64,000 bases of DNA from a virus. The notes under the pieces are model-generated. The model made no database searches. It saw only the letters and a list, made by a program, of their open reading frames with translations, and was not told the DNA's origin. Both the position numbers and the translations under genes were made by a program. Numbering within the stretch: the first letter of the stretch is position 1; the number at the start of each line of letters is the position of its first letter. Shown here piece after piece: positions 35,281-45,699 of the stretch. The stretch is from positions 1 to 64,000 of IMG/VR virus record IMGVR_UViG_3300009509_000015; one strand, given 5' to 3'.

Positions 35281-36075
35281 ATGAAGAACATATATAAAGC
35301 AATAGGTAACGTAATGCAAGCACTAGGATCGGTAGAAAAAACTGGTCAAATGAAAGGTAAGGTGCAGTATGCTTACTATTCAGAGAATGATCTACTTAAC
35401 GCATTACGTCCATTATTTAAGACTAATGGGCTAGTAATTTTTCCTAGTGGTGTTAAGGAACGTGTTGTAGAAACTTACGAAACCAGCAGGGGTAACACAC
35501 AAAACCACATTGTTGCTACCTATCAGTTTACAATAGGGCATATTGACTCTGGTGAATCAGTCACTGTTGAAGTACAGGGTGAGGGTGCAGACTCTGGTGA
35601 CAAAAGTGTTAATAAAGCTGCAACAGGGGCTATGAAATACGCTCTACGACAAACTTTCATGGTTGCTACTGGTGATGACCCTGATGCTACCGACTCTGAT
35701 GCGCAAGCTCGTTCTACTAAGAGTGATCCAGCAGATGATAAAAAGAAACCTGATGCTAAGCAAACGCAAAAACAACAAGCTCCTAAGCAAGAACCAGAAA
35801 AGGTAAATCCAGAATGGATGGAAAAAGCGCTTAGCTACAAAATTCCTGAAGACGCACTATTTCCTGGGAAAGAACTGCGCTATTTACTAAAAGATAAGAC
35901 CGCAGGCCCAATGGTCATAGAGTACTTATGTGGTCATGATCCTAACGGCGACGGTAATATGTTTGAAGTTAAAACAGAGGAGGACGAAAGCTTACAAAAC
36001 GCTGCTCTATATGTCCACAAGTTCAATGAAGACTACAAGAAAATGTTGGAGGAGTATAAGGCAACTGTTAATTAG
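35281..36075 (+). CDS. ERF-family single-strand annealing protein
   Basis: YAYYSENDLLNALRPL...GEGADSGDKSVNKAATGAMKYAL...DDPD. Confidence 0.88.
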   Translation: MKNIYKAIGNVMQALGSVEKTGQMKGKVQYAYYSENDLLNALRPLFKTNGLVIFPSGVKERVVETYETSRGNTQNHIVATYQFTIGHIDSGESVTVEVQGEGADSGDKSVNKAATGAMKYALRQTFMVATGDDPDATDSDAQARSTKSDPADDKKKPDAKQTQKQQAPKQEPEKVNPEWMEKALSYKIPEDALFPGKELRYLLKDKTAGPMVIEYLCGHDPNGDGNMFEVKTEEDESLQNAALYVHKFNEDYKKMLEEYKATVN

Positions 36076-36092
36076 TTTGATCGGCGGTGAAA

Positions 36093-36127
36093 CAAAAAGC
36101 CCCTGGTTTTTAGCCAGGGGTTTTTGC
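36093..36127. terminator. bidirectional terminator between convergent operons
   Basis: CAAAAAGCCCCTGG...CCAGGGGTTTTTG. Confidence 0.85.
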
Positions 36128-36143
36128 TTTATCTATTTATGAT

Positions 36144-37604
36144 TTAGTATCTATACTTTTTTCCTCTGCTCTTTGCGTGCTCACGCAACATTTCTAAGTA
36201 TAGTTCCTCATTAGATGAATTATAAACAGTACCATTAACTAATGCTTGTCCTTCATTAATAGGTATGTGAATAATATTGGTATCAGCCTCCGTATAGTGC
36301 ACCAAAGCGAGTCCTTGACTCCATTGCTGATCTTTCTTTCTCCCAGGTACTGTACCATCTACTTTACAAGCAGCCCCTGGAGTGTAGGCAACAACAACAT
36401 AGTAACCATATCTACCATAAATTGTTTTGCTTGCCATTTCACCACGATGAATGTGACCAAAAATAACATTACAGTCTTTATCTTTTAGCATCTTAATTGC
36501 TGTAGTGCCTGGAGCGCCAGCAATATCACCATGTACTGCAACAGTGGTATCGTTGATCCATACCTGTCCATTAGGATAGTCACCAACCCACTCAATACCC
36601 ATACTCTGTAAACCTAACAGGCTAGGTATACTCCACGCCTCTGGTTCGTCTATAGCCTGGGCAGACTGTAGTGTATATGCTGCTGGAATTTGTTTGATAA
36701 TAGCATTGTCAAGTCTAACATCATGATTACCTTGGAGAACGTACATTTCGGTCTTCTTACCAGCAGCACTACGCATCATCCCCAACCACCACGCAGCCTC
36801 AAATATAGCAGGTTGTGTAGTATGTGTTAATTCTGGAGATCGTAGAAACTTATCACTAAAATCTGGTAAGTCAAGCATGTCTCCAAGGAAAATAATTTTA
36901 TCAAGCTTGTAAGATGCTACAATATCTAAAGCAATACTTAATACCTTTCTGTCGTGAAAAGGTGTTAGCTCACCAGAAAATAAGTCTCTATAAAAACCAA
37001 AGTGCGTATCAGGTACAATAAGGGCAGTCTCCAAACCTTTAGGAGCACTAAATTCTTTTTGTGTATGCGGATAAGATACGTGCATTTCCACTGGAGTAAT
37101 TACTGGAAACACAGGAACTGGTTTCTTACGAATTAGCCAAGCTTTAACTTGGAGTAGCTGCTGTACATACATACCACCAGAGTCGTATACATAGCTCCCA
37201 TCACCAATTGTTCCAGAGCCATCCCAGTGTATATCTTTTTTAACATCTTTACGGGGAGTTTCCCATTTATTTACTACATGCCTCTCTACTTCCCAAACAT
37301 CTAAGTCAACTTGGCAAAAAGCAAGCAACTCTTCAAGCGTGGTAATTCTTGGATCAGATGAAGTTAATGATGCGTGATTAGCGTCAGTCGAGGATTCTTT
37401 AACATTAAACATGCCCTCGTCCTGTTCTGGTTCATAACCAGTTTCTTTTATCCATGCTCTAAGATAGCGTCTCAAGGTACTATCTGCTATCCCCTCAACC
37501 TCAATTGCTAAGCCATTCTTGTAGCGCCATGCTAGTTCTCTCTTTTGTTTTTCTGTTAGTAAATTCCAAAGAGAGGTGTGTGGATTGTGCCTTCGTTTTG
37601 TCAC
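36144..37604 (-). CDS. calcineurin-like metallophosphoesterase with N-terminal extension
   Basis: PDTHFG, LGDMLD, GNHD, HGD, GHIH. Confidence 0.88.
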   Translation of the reverse strand: MTKRRHNPHTSLWNLLTEKQKRELAWRYKNGLAIEVEGIADSTLRRYLRAWIKETGYEPEQDEGMFNVKESSTDANHASLTSSDPRITTLEELLAFCQVDLDVWEVERHVVNKWETPRKDVKKDIHWDGSGTIGDGSYVYDSGGMYVQQLLQVKAWLIRKKPVPVFPVITPVEMHVSYPHTQKEFSAPKGLETALIVPDTHFGFYRDLFSGELTPFHDRKVLSIALDIVASYKLDKIIFLGDMLDLPDFSDKFLRSPELTHTTQPAIFEAAWWLGMMRSAAGKKTEMYVLQGNHDVRLDNAIIKQIPAAYTLQSAQAIDEPEAWSIPSLLGLQSMGIEWVGDYPNGQVWINDTTVAVHGDIAGAPGTTAIKMLKDKDCNVIFGHIHRGEMASKTIYGRYGYYVVVAYTPGAACKVDGTVPGRKKDQQWSQGLALVHYTEADTNIIHIPINEGQALVNGTVYNSSNEELYLEMLREHAKSRGKKYRY

Positions 37605-37612
37605 ATAGCCTC

Positions 37613-37966
37613 CTAGTTGTTTTCCCTATTTTTTATAGCGTGATACAAGGCAATGAAATCCCCCACAGTTATCTTGTTTTCATTGAAGTTTAACGCCACA
37701 GCTTTCCTAGGATAGTCTTCCTCATAGGTATTAGCATAAGCTTTACCTACAGGAATGAAAGGGTCTAGTGCTCTATCAAACTCATCACGACATAGTTCTT
37801 TTACTTTAAGAACGTCTTCTTTTCTCAAGCCTGGACAAGGATAAAGCTCTTTGTATGTGGCTTCAACTACACTTTGTCTAGTTGGAAAGCCAAAGTCTAC
37901 AAGAGCTTGTGCCGTGTCTTCAGGTAGTACGTCAAATAGATCGCTAGGCTTGTCAGTATTTACCAT
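37613..37966 (-). CDS. hypothetical protein (HhH-like N-terminus)
   Basis: GGAGGT RBS; upstream promoter. Confidence 0.6.
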   Translation of the reverse strand: MVNTDKPSDLFDVLPEDTAQALVDFGFPTRQSVVEATYKELYPCPGLRKEDVLKVKELCRDEFDRALDPFIPVGKAYANTYEEDYPRKAVALNFNENKITVGDFIALYHAIKNRENN

Positions 37967-37987
37967 AATCTATACCTCCAGAACAGT

Positions 37988-38016
37988 ATTATACCACAAA
38001 AGTTCTGGAAAAGCAA
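37988..38016 (-). promoter_or_regulatory. sigma70 promoter
   Basis: TTGCTT-17-TATAAT with TG extension. Confidence 0.7.
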
Positions 38017-38019
38017 GGG

Positions 38020-38379
38020 TTAAGGTACACGTAAAACAGCAAGCGTTACTGATGTAACCTGATCGTAAGTTAATTTAACAGCACGTTCGATGCTGTTATC
38101 TGCATCATTGCCTTCATAAGAACCAGTAAATGGGCCTATAAAGCGCTCTTCACCTGCTGTACAAACAACTGTTCTATCTGCAACAGCTAGGTCAGAGTCA
38201 ACAACCTGTGGTGTGTGAATCGTAATTGTGCAATCAGAACCACCACCATTAACAATATGTACGAATGTGTTCTTCTGAGAGTTGTCAAAAACATTTCCGT
38301 CACCAGAAGCTGCTGCTGAATAAGTAGCCTCAAGTCCTGTTCTTACAATATCCTGTACGGTGATTTGAGTAGTAGCCAT
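38020..38379 (-). CDS. putative virion structural protein
   Basis: TGLEATYSAA...GNVF.N...DRTVVC.AGEERFIGPF, seen in phage structural clusters. Confidence 0.6.
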   Translation of the reverse strand: MATTQITVQDIVRTGLEATYSAAASGDGNVFDNSQKNTFVHIVNGGGSDCTITIHTPQVVDSDLAVADRTVVCTAGEERFIGPFTGSYEGNDADNSIERAVKLTYDQVTSVTLAVLRVP

Positions 38380-38681
38380 TAGTTATCCTCCAATATTTTT
38401 TTAGCTTTACCATTTGCTAGCTCAGCTAACTCTTTTATAATATTATCTTTGTCCTTAGCTTGTTTTCTAAGTTCTCTGTTTTCTGATCTAAGGTCTGAAA
38501 TCTCCTCTTTTAGATAAGAGATAGTTTCTTGAGCAGCGCCAGCAATCTCATCAATAGAAGTTAAAGATGTTGAAAGAGTATCAATCTGATTCTTTCTGCT
38601 AGCCATAAATAGATCAAAGATTTTGGTTAATATCAGCGTGATTAAACTAGCAATGATTGGAAATAATACTTCGTTAGTCAT
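38379..38681 (-). CDS. membrane-anchored coiled-coil protein (lysis-associated?)
   Basis: N-terminal TM plus heptads. Confidence 0.6.
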   Translation of the reverse strand: MTNEVLFPIIASLITLILTKIFDLFMASRKNQIDTLSTSLTSIDEIAGAAQETISYLKEEISDLRSENRELRKQAKDKDNIIKELAELANGKAKKILEDN

Positions 38682-39108
38682 ACCTTAACCTCCAATAAGC
38701 CCATCCTCCGAGAATGGAGACGATTGCGTATGTACCGCCAGGAAAGCTTATTGTGTTAAGAGTAATTAATAACGCCGACATAAAAGACCAGACTCCAACG
38801 GATACTAGTACAATAATTCTTTCAACGTTAAGCCACCCCGCAAACCTAGACGATACTAGTGCTATGCCAAGAAACAAAAAAACTCCAGCCCAAAACTCAA
38901 CACCACCATGTATGTTAAGGATGCGCTCGAATCCTGTTCCTGTGACATAAGTCCTTCCTAATATTAAAACAAATGCCCACCACAAAGCAAGCAAAGACAA
39001 TAGTGCCTCAACAGGTGATGGATCGGCTATTAGTAGGGGTGCTATGAAACGATCAAAGAACCTTCTAGACCATTTATCTTTAACAGGAGTCTTCTCTTCT
39101 ATTTTCAT
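38674..39108 (-). CDS. multi-pass membrane protein
   Basis: Four hydrophobic segments. Confidence 0.7.
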   Translation of the reverse strand: MKIEEKTPVKDKWSRRFFDRFIAPLLIADPSPVEALLSLLALWWAFVLILGRTYVTGTGFERILNIHGGVEFWAGVFLFLGIALVSSRFAGWLNVERIIVLVSVGVWSFMSALLITLNTISFPGGTYAIVSILGGWAYWRLRYD

Positions 39109-39133
39109 TTATACCTCTTAATACTACAATTGC

Positions 39134-39538
39134 TTAGTCAGCAGGCATGTCAATTAAGAAGGCAATAGTCATGTAGTCACCAACGTTTAGTGGGTCATGT
39201 TCTTCTGGAATTGCTTCTACTACCTCTATAGGTATAGGGCTAGTTTGAATAACTACTTCTTCGTCAAGCAATACTGACATGGCTTCTTGAAACTCCTTGT
39301 TCTTTTCTTCTCCAGCATCCTCTACAGACGCAGACCAATTACCGTCATCTAACTGCACACCATAATCTTGCAATAAAGCATTACGCCTTTTAGTAAATAT
39401 GTCTAGCTCTAGATTAATTTTGTCTAAAACAATTCCAGCTTTAATCTTAGCTTTCGCTGGCATTTTTGTTACAGTTGCAAGTTTATCTAGTGCTGGTTTT
39501 GCTGTCAGAATTTCTTTAAATGTTGCTTTTATTGTCAT
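39134..39538 (-). CDS. DUF1617-like phage protein
   Basis: KMPAKA...RNALLQDYG...EFQEAMSVLLDEEV. Confidence 0.6.
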   Translation of the reverse strand: MTIKATFKEILTAKPALDKLATVTKMPAKAKIKAGIVLDKINLELDIFTKRRNALLQDYGVQLDDGNWSASVEDAGEEKNKEFQEAMSVLLDEEVVIQTSPIPIEVVEAIPEEHDPLNVGDYMTIAFLIDMPAD

Positions 39539-39558
39539 CTCTCACTCCATAGAAATAC

Positions 39559-39587
39559 TGGCAGGGCAGATTGTCTACCCTGCCAGC
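39559..39587 (-). terminator. intrinsic terminator after holin
   Basis: CTGGCAGGG...CCCTGCCAG. Confidence 0.6.
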
Positions 39588-39612
39588 GTAGATGTATCTA
39601 AATTTAGACTTT

Positions 39613-39918
39613 TTATCCTGATCCATACCTACCAAAAAGGCTAACAGCAGAACCCTTCAACAGCTTGTAATATAGTGTTGCTGCTGTAAAGATCAAGCCG
39701 ATTAAAGCAGGCAGTGTTTCCCATGTTAGATCGCCAAAACCAAATGCACCAGATAGGAAAATCTGAAGAGCACCTAACACAGCAGCGATAACACCAGTTA
39801 GTACAACTGCTGCCTTCTCATCCCAACCAAGCTTGTTCTTGAAATACTCAGTCAGTCCTGATCCCAATACACCGATGATAAGCGTGATCAGTATAGTAAA
39901 AATTTCTTGCCATTCCAT
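39613..39918 (-). CDS. holin
   Basis: Three TM segments; adjacent to endolysin. Confidence 0.7.
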   Translation of the reverse strand: MEWQEIFTILITLIIGVLGSGLTEYFKNKLGWDEKAAVVLTGVIAAVLGALQIFLSGAFGFGDLTWETLPALIGLIFTAATLYYKLLKGSAVSLFGRYGSG

Positions 39919-39940
39919 AATATTTTCTCCTTATAAAAAA

Positions 39941-40990
39941 TTATTCTACAGGCTCAGCCAATCTCTGCGCCCTATAGCTTACAGCAATAAAGTTGCCTGC
40001 AAACTCACCTTCTTTTATTTCGCCCCAACCCTCATAACCATGAATGTTTTCAGTTAGGACAACTTTAGTACTCCTCTTTAACTTCCCTACAATACTACCG
40101 TAGGTACTTGGTTTACTACGCACATTCAAAGTATCCGTAGTAACTACAAACTCCATACATTTATCAGATGGTACAGGTGGATCAGGTGGATCAGGTGGAT
40201 CAGGTGGATCAGGCTCATCCTTAAGAAGTGGATTCTCAACCTTCTGCGGAACAGCCCCATTAAACATCTTATAGAAAGCTGCGTTATCGCCAACAAATCT
40301 TAATAGGTCAATGCTAGCAGATGCTACACCAAACACGTCGCCTAAACCATTACCATCGGCAGAGTGTTGCCATACGTGCCACCTAGTTCCGTACACTGGA
40401 TTGTTAACATCTTTCCAATCAGCAGGCAATCCAATAACACTATCGTATGGTACGGGTATACCGTCGTGATAACGAGCGATCATCAGCTTTGTTTTCTTTG
40501 GGTAATCGGTCTTGTAACCACGAAGTACATAATCCCAAAATGTAGTTCTAGTGTACGTTGTAATATGCTCTTCTCCCCATTCTTGGAAACACCAGTTGTA
40601 ATATTTGGCAAGCACATCACCAAAGACAGTCTTAGAAAGATTATCTGGATTTTCCTCAATATCCAAAACCAAACCAAGTGCTGGCATACCGTACTGATCC
40701 ACTAACCACTGTAGCTTCTCGAATTGTGTCTTCATCCGTGTGCTTGAACCACGTACCTTTAAGTACTGATAGTACCCCACAGGTAGCATAGGATAGTTCT
40801 TTAGATTATTGTAGTAGTCCTCGAAATCATAATCTAAATACTTTGTGTATAATCCTCGAAGAAAAAGAAATGCAACCCTACTTGACAATAAATCCCAATC
40901 AATCCTTTCGCCCTCTGATTGCTGCCATGTAGATATGTCTGCTCCTTCAATCTCATACAGGTAGTCGTATGTAAAATAATTATATGACAT
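39941..40990 (-). CDS. endolysin: GH25 muramidase, (PPD)n linker, SH3b
   Basis: GADISTWQ, LVLDIEE, VWQHS, IDL; TLNVRSKPST; RBS favours start 40990. Confidence 0.88.
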   Translation of the reverse strand: MSYNYFTYDYLYEIEGADISTWQQSEGERIDWDLLSSRVAFLFLRGLYTKYLDYDFEDYYNNLKNYPMLPVGYYQYLKVRGSSTRMKTQFEKLQWLVDQYGMPALGLVLDIEENPDNLSKTVFGDVLAKYYNWCFQEWGEEHITTYTRTTFWDYVLRGYKTDYPKKTKLMIARYHDGIPVPYDSVIGLPADWKDVNNPVYGTRWHVWQHSADGNGLGDVFGVASASIDLLRFVGDNAAFYKMFNGAVPQKVENPLLKDEPDPPDPPDPPDPPVPSDKCMEFVVTTDTLNVRSKPSTYGSIVGKLKRSTKVVLTENIHGYEGWGEIKEGEFAGNFIAVSYRAQRLAEPVE

Positions 40991-41016
40991 TCTAACCTCC
41001 AGTAAACATAGTAATA

Positions 41017-41048
41017 TTAATTGTACCACAAAAATCTAAAATTGTCAA
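41017..41048 (-). promoter_or_regulatory. sigma70-like promoter upstream of endolysin
   Basis: TTGACA...TGGTACAAT on the minus strand. Confidence 0.6.
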
Positions 41049-41051
41049 GAC

Positions 41052-41354
41052 TTATGGAGCCAGTATAGATGCCTCAACACTATCACGAAAATTTTGTATA
41101 AACGTTTGTATAGTCTGTAGTTGCTGTGTCGTCATAAGACCAAGAGATATTAATCTTTGGTAGTCAGCCTCATGTTGAGCCATGATATTTCCATCTTGAT
41201 CCTCAACAACAGCGTAAGCAATAAGATTTTCAGTTTCTACTTCAGTGAAATCACCAAGATCATCGTAAACTTTTTCAATTACAGACTCAACATTAATTCT
41301 AATTTCCCTAACTTTTGTAGGTACTTGATTTCCATAAGGCTTAAACCCTTCCAT
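41052..41354 (-). CDS. hypothetical protein (fibre-associated?)
   Basis: AGGAG RBS before MEGFKP. Confidence 0.55.
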   Translation of the reverse strand: MEGFKPYGNQVPTKVREIRINVESVIEKVYDDLGDFTEVETENLIAYAVVEDQDGNIMAQHEADYQRLISLGLMTTQQLQTIQTFIQNFRDSVEASILAP

Positions 41355-41365
41355 ATCTCTCTCTC

Positions 41366-44300
41366 CTATACAACACGAGCACACCAGAACTCTGGTGAAT
41401 AATATAAAGCCCTGTTGATACTAACAGTTGTTCCAGCATTACAATATGCTTGTAATTCAACATAGTCAGTTGATCCGTTTAAGTAGATCATACCAGTAAC
41501 TGCCTCATCGTGAACTAGTCCGTTATTAGCAGTGTGTAATGATCTAGCAAAAACAGTACTTCCATTTTGTCTAAGTGCTACTCCTCTAAACCCTGTTGAA
41601 TTAGATGCAAATTGAACCTGTCCACCAAAAATATATAAACCAGCACCAAGAGTTGGTGTTATTCTAGTTGGGTTTGTACTATTGCTATGCCAGTTATAAG
41701 TATCCTGCCATTCTACGTCAAAACTTATTACCTCCCACCCACCACCAGCATGAGAATGTGCTGTAGATTTATTTACTTTACAAGCAGCAGACTGACTAAT
41801 GTTAATTGTATTTGATACACTGATATAACCAGAGACAGGATTAGACCCTGCACTACCAATATATAGTCCACCACCAGCAGCAATATCAGCAGTTACTCTT
41901 AAATCATTTGCAGTAGCACCAGTAGAAGTTCCAACATAAATACCATAGCTACTTGGTATGTATAAGTGTTTATTAAGTAAGAAAGCGTTTCTATCAGTAT
42001 AAATATGCCCGTATGAAGTACTTTGTGCTCCTATATCAATATACCCACTGTTTGTTTCTAAACGTATGGCATTATTAGAGCCTTCTGTAATTTTTGTATT
42101 ACCATCTACTAGATAAATAGGCCCAATAAATTGATTATAGCCTGCTGTATAAAGTATACGGTTAGTGCTGGTTGACGTACCACCATAAATAACTAATGAT
42201 GCAGTAGAAACAGTTCCTTGTGCTAGAAGATAAACAGCAGGAGTTCCTGTAGCTGGAGCATTAGCCCACAATGTTACAGAACCATTAAGAACACCAGACA
42301 TAGAGGTTTGAGTTGCGTCTGCTTGAAGCTGTATATCTACTCCATATCCAGAAGAAATCCTACCCAGTAGATAAGCTACTTCATCGTTGTTGCTGTCATA
42401 CCAACTAATCTTTCTATTTGCTACCCAGTCAGCAGCTAATTTAAACCTAATCCCTGAAACGCCTATATCTAGTCCACCAGCACTAGTATAAAAACGCAAG
42501 CCATTAGTAGGATCAAAGGTTAAGTACTCATCAGAAGCGTAATCTCCTATACCTACACCGTATGTATCAGTTGCGTAACCATATAAACCATCTAGATTAC
42601 CTATTGCCCAACGTGATGATAGGTCACTATACCATTCAGTATCTCTAACCCACCCCACTATAGTAGGCCCAGTTTGTGAAGACCCTAGAATAGAATCATA
42701 TGAATAAAGATCAATAAACCCATAACCGACATTACCAGTATTAAATATGGCATCTCCAGCATACCAGCTATTATATCCAGTACCATCAAGATTTCTTTGT
42801 ACAAAATATATACCTGATCCTCCTAGGTCATCATCAACAACATAGAAAAATTCAACACTACCACTACCCTCTGAGTATAATATATCTCCAACAGAAAAAG
42901 CATTAGCGTGCTCTACATAAATAAGTCTGCCTTTCATTACTAAAACATCATCAAAGTAAGCTATGTCTGCACTTGTATCAGGACAATAAAAAAATATACG
43001 CAAACTAGAGCAGCCCACTGGAACAGTTACAACATATTTATTAAAGAACCAATCGGTAGAAGTATTATCATAACTTTCTATTGTTGTTAATGCTATAACT
43101 TCACTAGTATTTGTAACATCATACACCCTAAATCTTGGAGGTGACGTATTTGCACCAGAACCCCTTGCCCAAAACGAAAATACTAAAGTATCTTCTGCTG
43201 TTACTGAAAGAGTCTGATATACATTTGTAACACGAGTTGCTCCAGCAGTAAGTGCTGCACTATATGTACCAGCATACTTAGTAGTACTTCGAACAATACT
43301 ACCATCACCAGCATTTTCAGTCCAGTTTGCAAATACATCAGCACCACCACCTCCAGCAGTTTCAAACCCAGGATTTGATACATACTGTTCTACTAAGTTT
43401 GTTGAGCTTGCTGGTAAGTCTTGTGAAAATGTAGTTGTTGGCCCTACTAATACTCTGCCACCAATAGTAGCAATAGTATCTTGTGCAACTAGCGTTTCTA
43501 CTCGTAATTCCGCAGCATATAAAGTTAAATACTTTTTGTTTACAGAACCAAGATTTATATCATAGTTGTTATTAGGAAGAACGTCGTCGCCTGTAAGATT
43601 AAAAATAAAGTCACCTGCTGCTGAGACCGTAAAGCTACCTGTAGGGCTGTATAATGTTAGATCACCTCCAGAATTTATATAAAAATCCCAGTAGTTTGAA
43701 TCGTCATATTGTAGTCTTAATGGTGCTGTAGTATGTTGAACCCTAAGAGGTTGTGAGGATGACGGTGACATGTTTAAACCCAACCCTATTAGCTGTAAAA
43801 GTCCACTACTGTTAGTTGCTAGTATAGCTGCTGTAGTAGATGGGTTAGAGCTTGTACTGATAGCGTGTGTATGATCACTCCTAGAAAAACTAGTAGCTGA
43901 TCCTTCTGCTGACGAACTAGTAACATCAAGTCCAGAAGCGCTTGCTGCAACAATGGAATGAACGTGATCAACACGAGCAGCATATGATGACGAACCTCCA
44001 GCAGCAACATCATCTGGCTCTATAGTAGTAGGTGTTCCAGAAAAAGCTAATTCAATATTGTCTCCATTAAAACCAAGACCAGTTCCTAGAGATACTGTTA
44101 AAGTAATGGATGAACCAGTAGTTAGAAGACCACCACCAGTTAAACCAAGACCAGCGATAACTTCCTTATTAACATGGTCTGCTAGCAAACCTGTAACAAC
44201 TTGCCCTTGAGCATTAGCTCCCAAAGTAAATGGTGCGGTTGTTGTGCCTGGAGAGAATGAGTGTTGTGCAGTAATAGTTCTAGCAGTAGATATATGAACA

Positions 44301-44536
44301 TACTGGGTATGATCATCTTGATCAAGACCAGCAAGACCGCTATGTGATCCAGTAGGAGTTCCTGATAATGAGTCTGCCACCACAGCACTAGCATAGATAG
44401 TATCCCATCTTTGTGCTGGTCTACCAAGATCATAGGTATCAGTAGTCTTTGGGGTAATTTCTCCCTGTGCAATATTGTCACCCCTCGTTGTAATAAAATA
44501 TGATTTTAGTCTCTCTATATCATTTCTTGAAATCAT
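41366..44536 (-). CDS. tail fibre / receptor-binding protein with CBM-like domain
   Basis: YDLG.P.QRW repeats; NPGFE CBM-like domain; C1q-like C-terminus. Confidence 0.75.
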   Translation of the reverse strand: MISRNDIERLKSYFITTRGDNIAQGEITPKTTDTYDLGRPAQRWDTIYASAVVADSLSGTPTGSHSGLAGLDQDDHTQYVHISTARTITAQHSFSPGTTTAPFTLGANAQGQVVTGLLADHVNKEVIAGLGLTGGGLLTTGSSITLTVSLGTGLGFNGDNIELAFSGTPTTIEPDDVAAGGSSSYAARVDHVHSIVAASASGLDVTSSSAEGSATSFSRSDHTHAISTSSNPSTTAAILATNSSGLLQLIGLGLNMSPSSSQPLRVQHTTAPLRLQYDDSNYWDFYINSGGDLTLYSPTGSFTVSAAGDFIFNLTGDDVLPNNNYDINLGSVNKKYLTLYAAELRVETLVAQDTIATIGGRVLVGPTTTFSQDLPASSTNLVEQYVSNPGFETAGGGGADVFANWTENAGDGSIVRSTTKYAGTYSAALTAGATRVTNVYQTLSVTAEDTLVFSFWARGSGANTSPPRFRVYDVTNTSEVIALTTIESYDNTSTDWFFNKYVVTVPVGCSSLRIFFYCPDTSADIAYFDDVLVMKGRLIYVEHANAFSVGDILYSEGSGSVEFFYVVDDDLGGSGIYFVQRNLDGTGYNSWYAGDAIFNTGNVGYGFIDLYSYDSILGSSQTGPTIVGWVRDTEWYSDLSSRWAIGNLDGLYGYATDTYGVGIGDYASDEYLTFDPTNGLRFYTSAGGLDIGVSGIRFKLAADWVANRKISWYDSNNDEVAYLLGRISSGYGVDIQLQADATQTSMSGVLNGSVTLWANAPATGTPAVYLLAQGTVSTASLVIYGGTSTSTNRILYTAGYNQFIGPIYLVDGNTKITEGSNNAIRLETNSGYIDIGAQSTSYGHIYTDRNAFLLNKHLYIPSSYGIYVGTSTGATANDLRVTADIAAGGGLYIGSAGSNPVSGYISVSNTINISQSAACKVNKSTAHSHAGGGWEVISFDVEWQDTYNWHSNSTNPTRITPTLGAGLYIFGGQVQFASNSTGFRGVALRQNGSTVFARSLHTANNGLVHDEAVTGMIYLNGSTDYVELQAYCNAGTTVSINRALYYSPEFWCARVV

Positions 44537-45687
44537 TAGTTAACTGATCCTCCACTAAAACCTAGCTGAGCTAATAACAAATCAAATGACTGTGTTTTTG
44601 ATCCAGGGGTTAAGGTCATTGTTCTAGAGCTTATATTATAACTTGTCTTTGCTACAATAGCCTTTGTTGTACCTGAACCAGCAGGAGGTACTGATAGCCC
44701 AGTAATACCAAAACGGCTAGAATCATCTATAGATATAATATCACCAGCCCTTATAAGATATACAGGCTTATGACCAAGAACAACACTGTCATTTGTTGCA
44801 TCTATAGTTAAACCTCTTGTTTGTTCTGGTCTACTATGAGCAGCTAGTGCGATTTCTGCCACTAATATTGCAACAGCCTCACTTACTTGACCAGCATTAA
44901 TAGTTCCCTCTCTTACACCCCAGTTTTCTTGACTTTGTGCGTCCTCTTCAAATGGGTCTGTAAATGTTTGACCAGCATCCTCATCATCATATATAGCCTG
45001 TATTTTGTTGTATACCTGTTCTATACTAAGTGTACTACTATATCTAGCCCTATCCTTTCCAACTTTTACTATAAATTTTGGAAGTTCTTCGCTAAGGTCT
45101 GGCGGTTCTGCGACTAGGTTACATAGCCCATCTTCCCATACCTGAAAGTGTAGAGCATCTGGAGGTGTGCTATCATCACCAAACTTTACAACTTCTTTAA
45201 TAGCCTGGTTTACTTTAACGTCTCCAAAAAAATCTAGAGGAGTAATGTCTGTAGTAGTAATTTCTATTTCTCCTTTCTTCCACACGCTTATTAACGATAT
45301 AGCATCAATAATAATATCACTAGCAGATGTTGGAACACTCGTCGGATAAATAAGACCCATCAACGTATCGTTGCCTATAATATAGTTTCCCAAAGAAGAT
45401 AGTGTTAGTTGATCTTCTGATAACTGTGACCTTTCTATTCTTCCTTCGTGAACAATACTACCGTCAACAGCGTACAATCTACAACGTTTTCCAAGAGCTT
45501 TTGTATATAAATAGTTAGACATTTCTGCACGTATATCCAATGTTACAGAGCACTTTCCAAAGCCACCATCTAAGTGTGTTTCAAAAGTACCACTAGTTAC
45601 AGATGATACAAAAGCAACATCTTGTATTGTTAGGTCAAAATCATTGTATAATGCTAACGTGAAAGGATCACCTTGTAGTACGCCCAT
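44536..45687 (-). CDS. baseplate hub / minor tail protein
   Basis: Position after Dit-like gene; IRAGDIISI. Confidence 0.6.
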   Translation of the reverse strand: MGVLQGDPFTLALYNDFDLTIQDVAFVSSVTSGTFETHLDGGFGKCSVTLDIRAEMSNYLYTKALGKRCRLYAVDGSIVHEGRIERSQLSEDQLTLSSLGNYIIGNDTLMGLIYPTSVPTSASDIIIDAISLISVWKKGEIEITTTDITPLDFFGDVKVNQAIKEVVKFGDDSTPPDALHFQVWEDGLCNLVAEPPDLSEELPKFIVKVGKDRARYSSTLSIEQVYNKIQAIYDDEDAGQTFTDPFEEDAQSQENWGVREGTINAGQVSEAVAILVAEIALAAHSRPEQTRGLTIDATNDSVVLGHKPVYLIRAGDIISIDDSSRFGITGLSVPPAGSGTTKAIVAKTSYNISSRTMTLTPGSKTQSFDLLLAQLGFSGGSVN

Positions 45688-45699
45688 AGTAGCTCCTTG

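Noticed and set aside
40177-40212. GGTGGATCA tandem repeat
   Set aside because: Encodes the endolysin PPD linker
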